Shown: positions 25,810 to 35,918, numbered from the stretch's first letter. The stretch is 62,371 nucleotides of DNA from Gammaproteobacteria bacterium (GCA_024229615.1 JAAESG010000620.1:1-62371); one strand, 5' to 3'. Numbers and translations are program-made. Notes: generated by a model from the sequence alone, not told the origin.

Positions 25810-27291
25810 ATGAGTTCAACCCCGCCGCCGCTTTCAACGTTCAATTATTTTGGTGAGATTGGATACTCGGGTCTGAAAGTCTTTTCGGGTCGTATCGAGG
25901 ATTCAACGCTTCGCCAGCTTAGGGGACCGCGCCGCGCCGAACGCTTGCGCATGATGGCCGAAACCGATGATATCGTTGGCGGCATTTTGCTTGCTTACGA
26001 AACGCTCGGCAGGTCTGCGCCATGGAGAGTCGAGCAAGGCGACAGCGACGAAGAGCAAGCCGACTTTTTACAATCGTGCATCGAGGATCTCAATCGCGAC
26101 TGGTCGGATATTCTTTCGAGCGCCTTTACGTTTATGCCCTACGGTTACGCTCCGCATGAAGTTGTCTACAAGCGCCGCCTCGGTGAAGAGCCGGGAGAGG
26201 GCGAGAAGGGAAACTCGCTACCGTCTTCAAAGTTCAACGATGGGCGAATAGGTTGGCACAAGTGGGCGCTGCGCGCGCAAACGTCGATCTCTCGATGGGA
26301 GTTTGATGAGAACGGCGATGCGATTGGTATGTGGCAACGGATTGAAAGCACCGATGTCAAGCCAAAGGCATCGGGCAGTTCGGTCGTTGGTGCTGAAGTT
26401 CCTATCCCGATGAAAAAGATATTGCTCTTCAGGACAACCGGTCAAAAGAACAGTCCCGAAGGGCGCACGCTACTTGAGACGGCTTTCAAGCAATGGTTTA
26501 TCAAGAATCATCTTATCGAGGTTGAGGCGGTTGGCGCGGAGCGCGATCTCGTTGGCTATCCGATTATTTATGCGGCATCCGATGTCAACATCTGGGGAGA
26601 GGATTCGAAAGAGGTTGCCTCGTTCAATCGTGCAATGGAGATCGCGACCGGGATGCGCCGTGATGAGTTGATGGGCGCGGTTTTTCCGGACGGCTGGAAA
26701 GTCGAGCTTATTCGCTCGGGTGGAGCGCAAGCGGTTGATCTCGACAAGCTCATCAAAGCAAAAAACCAAGGGATCGCGATTTCGATGATGGGAGATTTTG
26801 TTTTAATCGGACACGAGGGAACGGGTTCCTATGCACTTCGCGAAAGCGCCGACAACTTTTTTCTTCGAGCCTTAAACGGCATTCTCGATATACTTGCTTC
26901 CGCTATGAACCGACAAGAGGTTCCGCGTTTGATGAAGCTCAATAATTTCAAGCCGCCTTACCCGATGATCATGCACGGCGACCCGGATGCGCCCGATCTA
27001 GACAATATGCTGAAGACGGTCAAGGAGCTTCGCGAGGGAGGAAGCGAAGTTGTGTTCGATGATGAAATTATTCGCGCCTTGCTTGAGCGAGCCCGACTGC
27101 CTATCCCCTCCAGTTTCGGCGAGCCTGTTATGGGGCGAGAAACGCGCTGGTCCCCTGGCGCGAGAGGGGGAGGGCCAAAACCAGCGCGCCAATTTTACGA
27201 TGGCGTCAATCTTGGAGCGCAACCTAGTCGCGACGTTGGAAGGAACAGAACCGAGAAACTTAAAAACTTTTTGGGCTTAGGCATCCAATAA
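25810..27291 (+). CDS. Portal protein (Mu gp29/DUF935-like)
   Basis: Follows TerL; EIGYSGLK...YGYAPHEVVYK...KNSPEGRTLL...GAERDLVGYP. Confidence 0.85.
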   Translation: MSSTPPPLSTFNYFGEIGYSGLKVFSGRIEDSTLRQLRGPRRAERLRMMAETDDIVGGILLAYETLGRSAPWRVEQGDSDEEQADFLQSCIEDLNRDWSDILSSAFTFMPYGYAPHEVVYKRRLGEEPGEGEKGNSLPSSKFNDGRIGWHKWALRAQTSISRWEFDENGDAIGMWQRIESTDVKPKASGSSVVGAEVPIPMKKILLFRTTGQKNSPEGRTLLETAFKQWFIKNHLIEVEAVGAERDLVGYPIIYAASDVNIWGEDSKEVASFNRAMEIATGMRRDELMGAVFPDGWKVELIRSGGAQAVDLDKLIKAKNQGIAISMMGDFVLIGHEGTGSYALRESADNFFLRALNGILDILASAMNRQEVPRLMKLNNFKPPYPMIMHGDPDAPDLDNMLKTVKELREGGSEVVFDDEIIRALLERARLPIPSSFGEPVMGRETRWSPGARGGGPKPARQFYDGVNLGAQPSRDVGRNRTEKLKNFLGLGIQ

Positions 27292-27305
27292 AAGGAAGGT
27301 TTAAA

Positions 27306-27743
27306 ATGAGAAGATTAGAACCAGTCGTTACCCTTCGGGCGGCATCGGGCGATCTTACGGCGGGCGAGGAGTCGCCGACTCTTGATACTAGTCAATTCAA
27401 GTCGGCAATCATTTTCTTTGACTTTACTAAGCTCACGCTTCCTGATGCTGATGATGAAGTAGATTTCTACATTCGGGCACGCTATGACGGGGTGACTTGG
27501 GTTGACGTTGAAAACATCCATTTTGCATTAGCGGACAACGGGACAACGCCGAAAAAGGTTGCAGGTATCAGCGTTGTTGAGTTCGCGGCGGCGGATGTTG
27601 CGATAGACGCAGAGGCACGAATCGCTGATAACACAAAACGGCAATTGCCGTTAGGTGCAGAGCTTTCGATTGAGACAGCGGTTGCTGGAGCAAGCGCGCC
27701 AACTTACGCTTACTCGGCAACGGTTTACTTTCCGCCTAGCTAA
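27306..27743 (+). CDS. Hypothetical beta-rich virion protein
   Basis: SD, location in head module. Confidence 0.55.
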   Translation: MRRLEPVVTLRAASGDLTAGEESPTLDTSQFKSAIIFFDFTKLTLPDADDEVDFYIRARYDGVTWVDVENIHFALADNGTTPKKVAGISVVEFAAADVAIDAEARIADNTKRQLPLGAELSIETAVAGASAPTYAYSATVYFPPS

Positions 27744-27754
27744 AGAGTTGTCTT

Positions 27755-30541
27755 TTGCTGATCGCTGAGGTTCTCTCCTCTGAATTCACCGCTGTTGAGA
27801 TCGACGCAGCGGTCAAGCGGTATGATTTTGCCAACCCTCTCTTCGTCGATCCCGAAGATGTTCCGGAGTCGGAATGGTGGGAGATCACTCATGCTGCCGC
27901 AGATGCATCGCAGTCCGAAACCGAAGATGCTGTCTTCGATGCGATGGAAATTTTGGAGGAGATTCCATCCGGCGAGCTTCAAGAATTAATCGAGGCGGGC
28001 GATTTCTCGGGTGCAACAAATCTGTTTGACTGGGTTGGTTTCGAGGATGAGCTTGCTGATAATCTCAACGATGTTTATTCAACGATAGCAACGCGCTCCG
28101 GAAGTGAAACCGCTCTTGAGATCGGCAAGGGAATCGACTTCGATGCCGAGGCGGTTCTCGATTTTTTTGCGCGCGGCGCAAAGATAACAGCAAAGCGCAT
28201 TACCGCGAACACTCGCAAGGCGGTTAACCTTGCGGTGCGCCGGTTGACCGGGCTTGGGTTTTCGCCGTTTCAGGTACGAGCGCAGTTGATCGAGTTGATC
28301 GGCCTCGATGCGCAATCGATGAACGCTGCTATTAATGCGATATCGGCTGCGAAAGAAGCGGGCGCGAAGATAACGGAGATCAAGCAACTCGCTGAAAAGC
28401 TCGGCGAGGAAAAGTTGAGCGAGCGCCTTCAACGCATCGCCAGGTTCGAAAATCTAAACGTTGCGCAGGCTGCGCAAGAGGAAGCGGTTGAGCAACACGT
28501 TGAAGCGCGCGCTCTCAAGAACGTTGTAAAGGTTTGGGTTGTTACTCCCGATGAGCGCTTATGCCCTATCTGTGATCGACTTCGAGGCCAACGCAAGCGA
28601 AAGGACCAGCTATTCGAAGATCCTTTCACCGGGCTCGAATATATCGGGCCTCCTGCGCACCAAAATTGCCGATGCGGGTTGCGATACATGCAGGCAAGGC
28701 GCGCCGAACAGGTTGGTGTTTTCGTTGTTGATATCCGCACTCCCGAGGGCGAGCAAATTATTTTGCCTTCCGGCGTCAAGGTTCTATTCGAGAGGTTCGA
28801 GTTTCACCTTGCAGGCAAGCACGAGCAATCGAGGCACGGTAAAGGCGGCGGCAAGGGGAAGAAAGGCAAGCCTCGCCCGAGTTCGATGAGTCAACGAGAG
28901 TATGCAGCGCTCAATAATGCAGAGTGGGATAATGAGTCAAAGTTTACGCACCTTCGCGGATCGGATGGCCGTCTTGATTGGGAAAAGAGCCCCGAAGCCG
29001 AAAAAGAAATAAGCGAGTTGTTTGATCGGCGAAGAGAATCGGATCGCGAGTGGAACGCAGATGCGAAAGACGCGGTAACGATGGGCGAGCTTGATCCTGC
29101 AGAGGCATCGAGGCGCGGGCTCGGTACACCACGCGCGCAAGATTGGGAAGAACTTCCCGACGAGGTTTATCACGTAACGACCGCATCCTCGGCGGTGAAA
29201 AAAGAAGGGCTCAAGACTCGCGACGAACTTGGTGGGGATCTAGCGGCGCTCGGCGGCGGGCCATCGGATACGATTAGTTTCACCGATGACGAAGAGATAG
29301 CGCGAGGTATCGAGCGCAGTATGAGAGAGGCTCGCGCGGTTGCCCGAAACGAAATCACTGTTGATGACATGCTTGAAGCGGCGGCGACCGGCAAAGATGC
29401 GGATAAGCCTTACATCGAGGAGCTTATCAACGGCGGAACCGCGAGCATAGCGACAGATGGAAAATGGAAAGAAGGCGATCCGCTTCCGCGACAATGGGAG
29501 ATATTGAAAGAAGGTCGCGATCTTGAACGAGACGCAATGGCTTACGGTGCGCACCAATTGAAACCGGGGCAACGTCTTGAGGGTAATACCTGGCAAGGCG
29601 GCGATGGCAATACCTATGCAACCGCGATCACTGTGCCGATGTCTCAATCTCGCGCAACCGATAGGCGCTTTCAGGTTTATAAGCGTGTCTCGCCTCTTCG
29701 CGAAGCGGCGGGCGGACCTATGGACCCGCTTTTCTTTTTGCAGGATACTCAACATATCGGGCTCACCCCGAAAGACGAAATCAAGATCCTAAAGTTCAAG
29801 CCTTCGAAGAAAGGCGTCAAAGGTACTCGCGTTTCGGCTTTGGGAGAATGGCGAACCTTTACCGGCGCGGCAGTTGATTTCGACGAAGAGCTTCCCGCTG
29901 GAGAGTATCAAGGGTTCGCAGAAAGAGATTTTCCAGTAGACAACGAAGTTTTCTCTGCGTCTACGCCCGCAAACGGGCGGAACCTCCGCAAGCTAGGCCG
30001 CGCCGCGCTCATTGCCGATGCGCTTGCCTTCCACCTTGCAGGCAAGCACGATCAATCGGTTCACGGTCGAGGAGGCGGAAAGAAAACCCTCGGTAAGCCG
30101 AAGGTGCTTCCATGGAAAGCGCCGCCACCGCCGCAAGGCGGCAAGGGGAGCAAGGCGGGCGGTTTCTCTGCAACCGGACGCACTAATACCATGGTCGGCG
30201 ATACCGCCGAGGCTGCGCTCTCTCAACTCGGGTTCGAGTCGGCGCTCCCCCCCGGCAAGCGTCAAGGCCCGTTCGATGTGAAGTGTTGCAACGGTTGGGA
30301 GTTCGAAGTCAAGGCGGTTACAACAGACTCCACGCAATACAAAATCAAAATGAAGGGCTCCGAGCTTCGCAGCAAAAAGCGCGCCGCAAAAAAGCGCGGA
30401 GTCAAGGCGGGCTCGCTTATAGTCGTCATGGATTACAAAAAAGGCCAGGCACACGCTTACTGGAAAGAGGGCCTCGGGAATTTTCGCCTTAACGAATCAT
30501 GGAACTATGCAGGAACCGCCGAGCTTGGGGAGGCAGCATGA
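27755..30541 (+). CDS. MuF/gpF head morphogenesis protein with C-terminal effector domains (ART-like and PD-(D/E)XK)
   Basis: RIARFE...KVWVVTPDERLCPIC...PPAHQNCRC; then VYHVTT...GLKT...ISFTDD; then GDTAE...PFDV...FEVKA. Confidence 0.8.
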   Translation: MLIAEVLSSEFTAVEIDAAVKRYDFANPLFVDPEDVPESEWWEITHAAADASQSETEDAVFDAMEILEEIPSGELQELIEAGDFSGATNLFDWVGFEDELADNLNDVYSTIATRSGSETALEIGKGIDFDAEAVLDFFARGAKITAKRITANTRKAVNLAVRRLTGLGFSPFQVRAQLIELIGLDAQSMNAAINAISAAKEAGAKITEIKQLAEKLGEEKLSERLQRIARFENLNVAQAAQEEAVEQHVEARALKNVVKVWVVTPDERLCPICDRLRGQRKRKDQLFEDPFTGLEYIGPPAHQNCRCGLRYMQARRAEQVGVFVVDIRTPEGEQIILPSGVKVLFERFEFHLAGKHEQSRHGKGGGKGKKGKPRPSSMSQREYAALNNAEWDNESKFTHLRGSDGRLDWEKSPEAEKEISELFDRRRESDREWNADAKDAVTMGELDPAEASRRGLGTPRAQDWEELPDEVYHVTTASSAVKKEGLKTRDELGGDLAALGGGPSDTISFTDDEEIARGIERSMREARAVARNEITVDDMLEAAATGKDADKPYIEELINGGTASIATDGKWKEGDPLPRQWEILKEGRDLERDAMAYGAHQLKPGQRLEGNTWQGGDGNTYATAITVPMSQSRATDRRFQVYKRVSPLREAAGGPMDPLFFLQDTQHIGLTPKDEIKILKFKPSKKGVKGTRVSALGEWRTFTGAAVDFDEELPAGEYQGFAERDFPVDNEVFSASTPANGRNLRKLGRAALIADALAFHLAGKHDQSVHGRGGGKKTLGKPKVLPWKAPPPPQGGKGSKAGGFSATGRTNTMVGDTAEAALSQLGFESALPPGKRQGPFDVKCCNGWEFEVKAVTTDSTQYKIKMKGSELRSKKRAAKKRGVKAGSLIVVMDYKKGQAHAYWKEGLGNFRLNESWNYAGTAELGEAA

Positions 30542-31075
30542 GCTTTCGCTTTTGGCCGACCGAAAATGATTCGATAACGTTGGGATCGCCGTTCCTTGTG
30601 CTCGATGCTTTTCGCGAGATGGCGAACATTTCCGGCGAGGAGTGGCCCGCGCTCTTCGGCGTGGTTCACACCGACGATCAAGACTTAAACCCCGATTATG
30701 TTGCAGATGTTCATAGAGAGGCGACGGAGTTTTTTGCTCGCCACGAGAACAATCTAAGCAAGAACGCGCGCGCTGTTTTGACTTTATTGGAGGTAGGGCT
30801 AGCTCCGTTTGCAAACCCGCCAGGTTGACACTATTGACACCGTTTCCGCGTAGGACATACTCTCTCTAATGTCGATCATCAAGCGCGGGCGAAAATGGTG
30901 TGTAACGGAGTCGGACAAAAAGACAATCATCAAGTGCCATCCCACCAAAAAGCAAGCAATCAAACAACTTGCGGCTATCGAAGCGGCGAAAGCCCGCAGG
31001 AATGGCCGCTCCGCGCTCCTTGCAGACGTTTGCATTTTCCACCTTGCAGGAAAGCACGAGCAAAGTGCTCACGGG
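28802..31075 (+). repeat. Three dispersed 39-bp copies encoding FHLAGKH(E/D)QSxHG (28802-28840, 30029-30067, 31037-31075)
   Basis: TTYCACCTTGCAGGMAAGCACGA conserved at DNA level across two genes. Confidence 0.9.
30538..30828 (+). CDS. Small acidic protein, candidate immunity protein
   Basis: ATGA overlap with the MuF stop, GGAGG SD. Confidence 0.55.
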   Translation: MSFRFWPTENDSITLGSPFLVLDAFREMANISGEEWPALFGVVHTDDQDLNPDYVADVHREATEFFARHENNLSKNARAVLTLLEVGLAPFANPPG

Positions 31076-33646
31076 AAAAAGGGTCCGCCCATCGGTCAAG
31101 TGAGCTTCGAGGCTCAACCCTCGACGAGCTTGTCACCGGTTCCGGGCTTGCAGGGAGCGACCTTTCCGGAAAAGCGCGCCTATATGCGGGATTCGGTCAG
31201 CGCTATGGGAAACCCGCAAAGCGGATCGCCCGATGAGCTATTGGAGGCGCAAGGGCTTGATGGGAGTGAGCCTTTTGAAGTCGTTGGTGTATGGAAAGGC
31301 GAGTTCAACCCTGGGATGCAAGTCGAGATCGACCGGAACGCATCTCAAGAAGATGTTGAAGCCTACGCCGCCAGCGTGGGCAAGACGCTCAAGCAAGATG
31401 CGGTTGGCTATCATCGGCCTTTTTATGACGGCAAGCCGGGAAACGATCAAGGCGCTGAAATCGAGCTTGGGAGCACCATCTCGAAAAAACAGATGGGAAG
31501 TCTTTACGATGAGCTTGGCAAGGAAGTTGGAGTTGACAACGTTGATGATATCGCGCTCGTTGCTTCGAAGGATGGAGTTCGCGCGCTAAATTTCTCGAGC
31601 TTGCCTCCTGGGGAGTTCCAAGGGAAGCTCGGCACGGCAGCGGGTAACGCTTTTGAAAAAGATGTTTCGATAGGAACGTTTGACTTTGAAGGCGGGCTCG
31701 TCGAAAACGATTGGAAGGTAAAGCCTCATGGGAAAGGTTACGACCCGAAAATTGGAAAAGGAAAACCCGATCTTTCAGGAGCCGTGGAACGTGTCAACGA
31801 GAGGGTTGGCAGAGTCAACGACACCTGGCGGGAAAGATGGCAACCGCAAACGGCAGCGAGCGAACGAAGATCGGCAAGAACAAAGCACTTCATCGGAAGG
31901 CAAGGAGTCATGATGGCTAAAGAAAAAGAAAAGCCCGAACCTGAAGAGGACGAAGACAAAAAGAAAAAGAAACCGAGTCCCGATGATGAGGTTCCTACCA
32001 CAAAGTTATTCATGCGCAAGTTGATCAAGTTTCTTCGTGATCTACTTCCTGGCGAGGAGTTCGACAAAGCAATGAAGTCGGCACGCGGTTCGGCGGGCGG
32101 TGAGATGAAAAAACGCAAGCGAGCGGCGAGCGAGGGAGAGATGGCGGTTCCGTCTCCTTCTGTGAACGATGATTATACTCCGGCGTATCGCCCGAAGAAA
32201 TCAAAAGAAATCGTCATGTATACCGAAGCGAGCGGCGTTAGAGAGCAATGCCGCATGTGCCGGTTTTATCTTGGTGGGGCTTGCTTGTTAGTCGAGGGAA
32301 CAATCATGCCCGAGTTCGCTTGTGAGCTTTGGGAAGAAAAGATGCAATTGTTCAGCGATAACATCGTTGAGCTTTGTTCCGGCTCTCGTGATAACGCCGA
32401 GCTTCAGTTATTCAACGAGCTTTTAGAATTTGCGGAGCCGCCCGATTGGATTCCGTATCTACCGAAGCCTGGCAAGTACAACTCGCCGAAATACGGCGAC
32501 ATCTACATCACGCGCGAGCGCAACGAGAATTTCATCGAGAACTTCGAGGCTGGCGTTTATCAAGAGTCGCTCCCTATCTCATCCGAGCATATCGACGCCG
32601 ATCAAGAAGGTGCCTACGGTTGGATCGAAGAGATGCGGATGAATGAAGACGGGAGCGTTGATGCAAAAGTATCTTGGACCGACCGAGGGAAAGAAGCGAT
32701 TGAGAATGATCGGTTTCGTTACTTCTCTCCCGAGTTCCATGATGTCTATAAAGACAACAAGGAAGTCATACACAATGATGTTGCAGTTGGAGGCGCTTTG
32801 ACGACTCGACCGTTTTTCAAAGAGGATGCAATGCGCCCTCTGGTTGCATCGGAAGATGTTTTAACTTTTTCAGAAGGAGAGCACTCGATCACTTTCACTA
32901 ATGCGGCGCAGCGCCGCAGGGAGGACAAAATGGGAACGTCTAAGGAAACCGGCGCTCAGAAGGGTGCGCCGAAAGAACAAAGTACCTTGGAGAAATTCAA
33001 GGACTATCTTGTTAATGCCATCAAGGGATTCAACACTGAAGACCCGAAGGCAATTCCAAAGCCGGAGCCGGTAAAGGTAGAGCCGAAGCCCGAACCGGTC
33101 AAGGCGAGCGAGAAAACCGACAGCGAGCGCATCGTTGCGCTTGAGACGGAGAACCAATCTCTTCGAGCAAGCGAAGCAAAGCACACCGAGGACGCCAACA
33201 AGTCAAGCAAGCGCATCGCTGCGTTGGAGGATGAAGGAGTTCGCTCCAAGTTTGCCGAGATCGTCAACGGTAGCGGCAACAACGAGGCTCGATGGTTCGG
33301 GCTGCAAGATGATCATGTTGATCATCTTATGTCGCTGCACAAGGCGTTCGGTGAAGACTCCAAGGAACTCAAGCATTACATTACAACGCAGCAAGCTCAC
33401 GTTACCGGTATGAGCGCCGCAGGGATTTATAGTGAGGTTGGATCGGTCCTCGGTGCTGAAGCGGAAAGCGACACGAGCACTCCGGATGGAGCTTTCGCCG
33501 AGCTTCGGAGGTTGGCGAAAGAAGATGAAGACTACAAAGCTCGAAAAATTTCTTTGGAGCAAGCGCTCGTCAAGGTGAGCGCCGACCATCCCGAACTCAA
33601 GAAAAAGTATCGCGAGCAATTTCGTTCGCGGGACACCGTTCGATAA
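30869..33646 (+). CDS. Mu gpI-like prohead protease/scaffold polyprotein with extra N-terminal domains
   Basis: PISSEH...GAYGWI...VSWTDRGKEAI...FRYFSPEF...GGALTTRPFFK; coiled-coil scaffold C-terminus; in-frame SD+ATG at 31910 and 32930. Confidence 0.8.
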   Translation: MSIIKRGRKWCVTESDKKTIIKCHPTKKQAIKQLAAIEAAKARRNGRSALLADVCIFHLAGKHEQSAHGKKGPPIGQVSFEAQPSTSLSPVPGLQGATFPEKRAYMRDSVSAMGNPQSGSPDELLEAQGLDGSEPFEVVGVWKGEFNPGMQVEIDRNASQEDVEAYAASVGKTLKQDAVGYHRPFYDGKPGNDQGAEIELGSTISKKQMGSLYDELGKEVGVDNVDDIALVASKDGVRALNFSSLPPGEFQGKLGTAAGNAFEKDVSIGTFDFEGGLVENDWKVKPHGKGYDPKIGKGKPDLSGAVERVNERVGRVNDTWRERWQPQTAASERRSARTKHFIGRQGVMMAKEKEKPEPEEDEDKKKKKPSPDDEVPTTKLFMRKLIKFLRDLLPGEEFDKAMKSARGSAGGEMKKRKRAASEGEMAVPSPSVNDDYTPAYRPKKSKEIVMYTEASGVREQCRMCRFYLGGACLLVEGTIMPEFACELWEEKMQLFSDNIVELCSGSRDNAELQLFNELLEFAEPPDWIPYLPKPGKYNSPKYGDIYITRERNENFIENFEAGVYQESLPISSEHIDADQEGAYGWIEEMRMNEDGSVDAKVSWTDRGKEAIENDRFRYFSPEFHDVYKDNKEVIHNDVAVGGALTTRPFFKEDAMRPLVASEDVLTFSEGEHSITFTNAAQRRREDKMGTSKETGAQKGAPKEQSTLEKFKDYLVNAIKGFNTEDPKAIPKPEPVKVEPKPEPVKASEKTDSERIVALETENQSLRASEAKHTEDANKSSKRIAALEDEGVRSKFAEIVNGSGNNEARWFGLQDDHVDHLMSLHKAFGEDSKELKHYITTQQAHVTGMSAAGIYSEVGSVLGAEAESDTSTPDGAFAELRRLAKEDEDYKARKISLEQALVKVSADHPELKKKYREQFRSRDTVR

Positions 33647-33706
33647 ACCAAAACTCGAATCGGAGTTTTTTTCGAGTTGAACCTTTTTCAATTTGGAGGA
33701 TAGAAA

Positions 33707-34081
33707 ATGAGCGGATTATTTCAAGAGCCTCCCCTGCAGGCACCGGCGTCCGTTGACCTGTCGGCGGCGCAATACCATTGCATCATCATCGATACGAATG
33801 GCGAGCTTGCTCTCCCTACGGTGGGCGAATACATCGATGGTGTTTTGAAGGACGCTCCAGAAGCGGGCAAAACAGGCACCTATGACACTCGGCGCGGTCA
33901 GCGTGCAACGGTGATCGCGGGTGGAGCCGTAACGGTTGGGGCGTTGGGTTCTGTCTTGGCAAATGGTCGCGTTGTGATCTCCGTGACTTCCACTCACGAA
34001 CGCTTTTGCAAGTTTCTCTCCGCTGGCGGCGACGGAGAGGAGGTTAACGTACTCTTCGGCACTTACGATCCAGTTCCCTAG
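33707..34081 (+). CDS. Capsid cement/decoration protein (DUF2190-like)
   Basis: Small Gly-rich beta protein between scaffold and capsid. Confidence 0.7.
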   Translation: MSGLFQEPPLQAPASVDLSAAQYHCIIIDTNGELALPTVGEYIDGVLKDAPEAGKTGTYDTRRGQRATVIAGGAVTVGALGSVLANGRVVISVTSTHERFCKFLSAGGDGEEVNVLFGTYDPVP

Positions 34082-34128
34082 TTGGCCTCGCGGCCTATAG
34101 GCTTTGATTTTTTCAAACGGAGGATAAA

Positions 34129-35136
34129 ATGGGTTTGAATTCACCGACTCTCGAAGAGGCGAGGCTAGACGAGCAACTTTCTAATGTCTCGGTTGCTTTC
34201 ACGCAAGAAGCATCCGACTATGTTGCTGGAACGGTCGCGCCCGTTGTGCCGGTTCAACAACCGGCAGGTTTTTATCAGATTATCCCAAAGGGGGAGTTTT
34301 TCAGAAATCGTGTTGAGCCTCGCCCGATGGGAGGACGCCCGCCCAATGTTGGGCACAGGTTGACCCGTCAGCCTTATGCGGTTGAAGAGTACGCGCTCGA
34401 AGGCTCGCTCGATGATCGCAGCCGCTCCAATGCAACGCCGCCCTACGATCCGGAACAAAGTAAGGTTCGGCAGATTACCGAAGAGCATCTCATCAACAAG
34501 GATGTGAAGTGGGGAGCCGAATACTTTGTAACCGGGCAATGGACTGGCAACACCGAACAAACCGGCGTTTCCGGCGCTCCTGGCGCGAACGAGTTTCAAC
34601 AGTTCAACGAAGCGGGTTCCGATCCTATCGGAGTAATTCAAGCGCAGAACCGGGTACTCAAAAAGAATACCGGCAGATGGGGCAACGTGCTCGTGCTCGG
34701 TTCTAAGGTGTTCGATGATCTCATTGAGCATCCTGACATCATCTCTCGATACGTCAACGTTGAGCCTGGCGTCATCGGGAAGAGCCAACTCGCTGAGGTT
34801 TTCTTCCGTCGAGGCGGAGGGAGGATCGTTGTCGCTGATGCGATTCAAAACACCGCGAATCCTGGCGCAACCGATGTGATGGATTTCATCATTGATGAGC
34901 AAGCGATGCTCCTTGCTTACGTAGCATCGAGCCCAGGCATCGACGTTCCTTCGGCGATGTATACCTTTGCATGGACCGGGCTACTCGGGCCGAACGCTTT
35001 TTCGACCATTGGTGTTTGGCGTGGTCGAGATGGGCGGGCTCATAGCGACTGGTTCCAAGTGCGTATGGCGTACTCGTTCCAGATCGTCAGCGCCGATCTC
35101 GGAGTGTTCTTTAACACTGCGGTTGCAGCGTCGTAA
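34129..35136 (+). CDS. Major capsid protein
   Basis: 335 aa; LSNVSVAF...VAPVVPV...NVLVLG..VFDDLIEHPDI...DLGVFFNTAV. Confidence 0.85.
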   Translation: MGLNSPTLEEARLDEQLSNVSVAFTQEASDYVAGTVAPVVPVQQPAGFYQIIPKGEFFRNRVEPRPMGGRPPNVGHRLTRQPYAVEEYALEGSLDDRSRSNATPPYDPEQSKVRQITEEHLINKDVKWGAEYFVTGQWTGNTEQTGVSGAPGANEFQQFNEAGSDPIGVIQAQNRVLKKNTGRWGNVLVLGSKVFDDLIEHPDIISRYVNVEPGVIGKSQLAEVFFRRGGGRIVVADAIQNTANPGATDVMDFIIDEQAMLLAYVASSPGIDVPSAMYTFAWTGLLGPNAFSTIGVWRGRDGRAHSDWFQVRMAYSFQIVSADLGVFFNTAVAAS

Positions 35137-35166
35137 AGTTTTAATCGTTGTAAAGTTTTAATCGTT
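35133..35166. repeat. Perfect 17-bp tandem duplication GTAAAGTTTTAATCGTT
   Basis: 35133-35149 and 35150-35166, overlapping the capsid stop. Confidence 0.9.
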
Positions 35167-35204
35167 CGTCAAGGTGGTTGGTTGGTGTACGAACGGAGGT
35201 ATTT

Positions 35205-35432
35205 ATGTTCAGTCCATTGTCGCCTTCAGATTTTGTAGTTGCCGAACGGTTTCGGTGGAGAGGGATAGTTTACGAAAAGGGCTCGGGGTTGCCTCCTGCT
35301 ATTCCGCAGGGAGCAATGAGTTCCTTTCTTCGAAAAGATCCTCCACTCATCGCGCTAAAGAACGGCAAGCAAAAAGGGAAGGCGAGAGTAACGAAAAAGA
35401 AAGCGTCGAAAAAAACTCGCAAGCGAGGCTAG
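35205..35432 (+). CDS. Small basic virion-associated protein
   Basis: GGAGG SD; position after capsid. Confidence 0.6.
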   Translation: MFSPLSPSDFVVAERFRWRGIVYEKGSGLPPAIPQGAMSSFLRKDPPLIALKNGKQKGKARVTKKKASKKTRKRG

Positions 35433-35435
35433 CAA

Positions 35436-35918
35436 ATGGGATCACTCCTAATTGAAGATTGGTCGTATGATAGTAAGCCTCAAGATATACCTCGCGATGA
35501 GGTTCGCGAGCTTGTAGGCGACACCGACAAAAACCGAAAGCTGGTCAGCGATACGACAATCGATTTAGCGCTTGAATCTCAAAACAACAATACTCGGTTG
35601 GCGGCGGCGAAGGTTGCCGAAAAGATTGCGGCGCGCTTCATGAAAGACGCGATTTCGAAATCGGGCAAGGATTATTCTCGTACCATCGCAATCGCGGAGT
35701 CGTATCAGAATCTTGGCGAGCGCTTGATCAAACAATCTTCGAACGCCGTGGGAAGCGCGGCTCAAACCCGAGTATCTAGTTCTCAAGCGCTTTACGGTAA
35801 CGGCGATATAAGGCGAGGCGCTTTTCGAACAGGGATGTTTAATACGCCCGAGTTCGATCCGCGTACCGAGCTACGCGATCAAGACCTTTTAGATGACGTT
35901 AGAAACGAAGAGAGTTAG
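35436..35918 (+). CDS. Head-tail adaptor
   Basis: WSY...DEVRELVGDTD...LVSD...LAAAKVAEKIAARF. Confidence 0.7.
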   Translation: MGSLLIEDWSYDSKPQDIPRDEVRELVGDTDKNRKLVSDTTIDLALESQNNNTRLAAAKVAEKIAARFMKDAISKSGKDYSRTIAIAESYQNLGERLIKQSSNAVGSAAQTRVSSSQALYGNGDIRRGAFRTGMFNTPEFDPRTELRDQDLLDDVRNEES

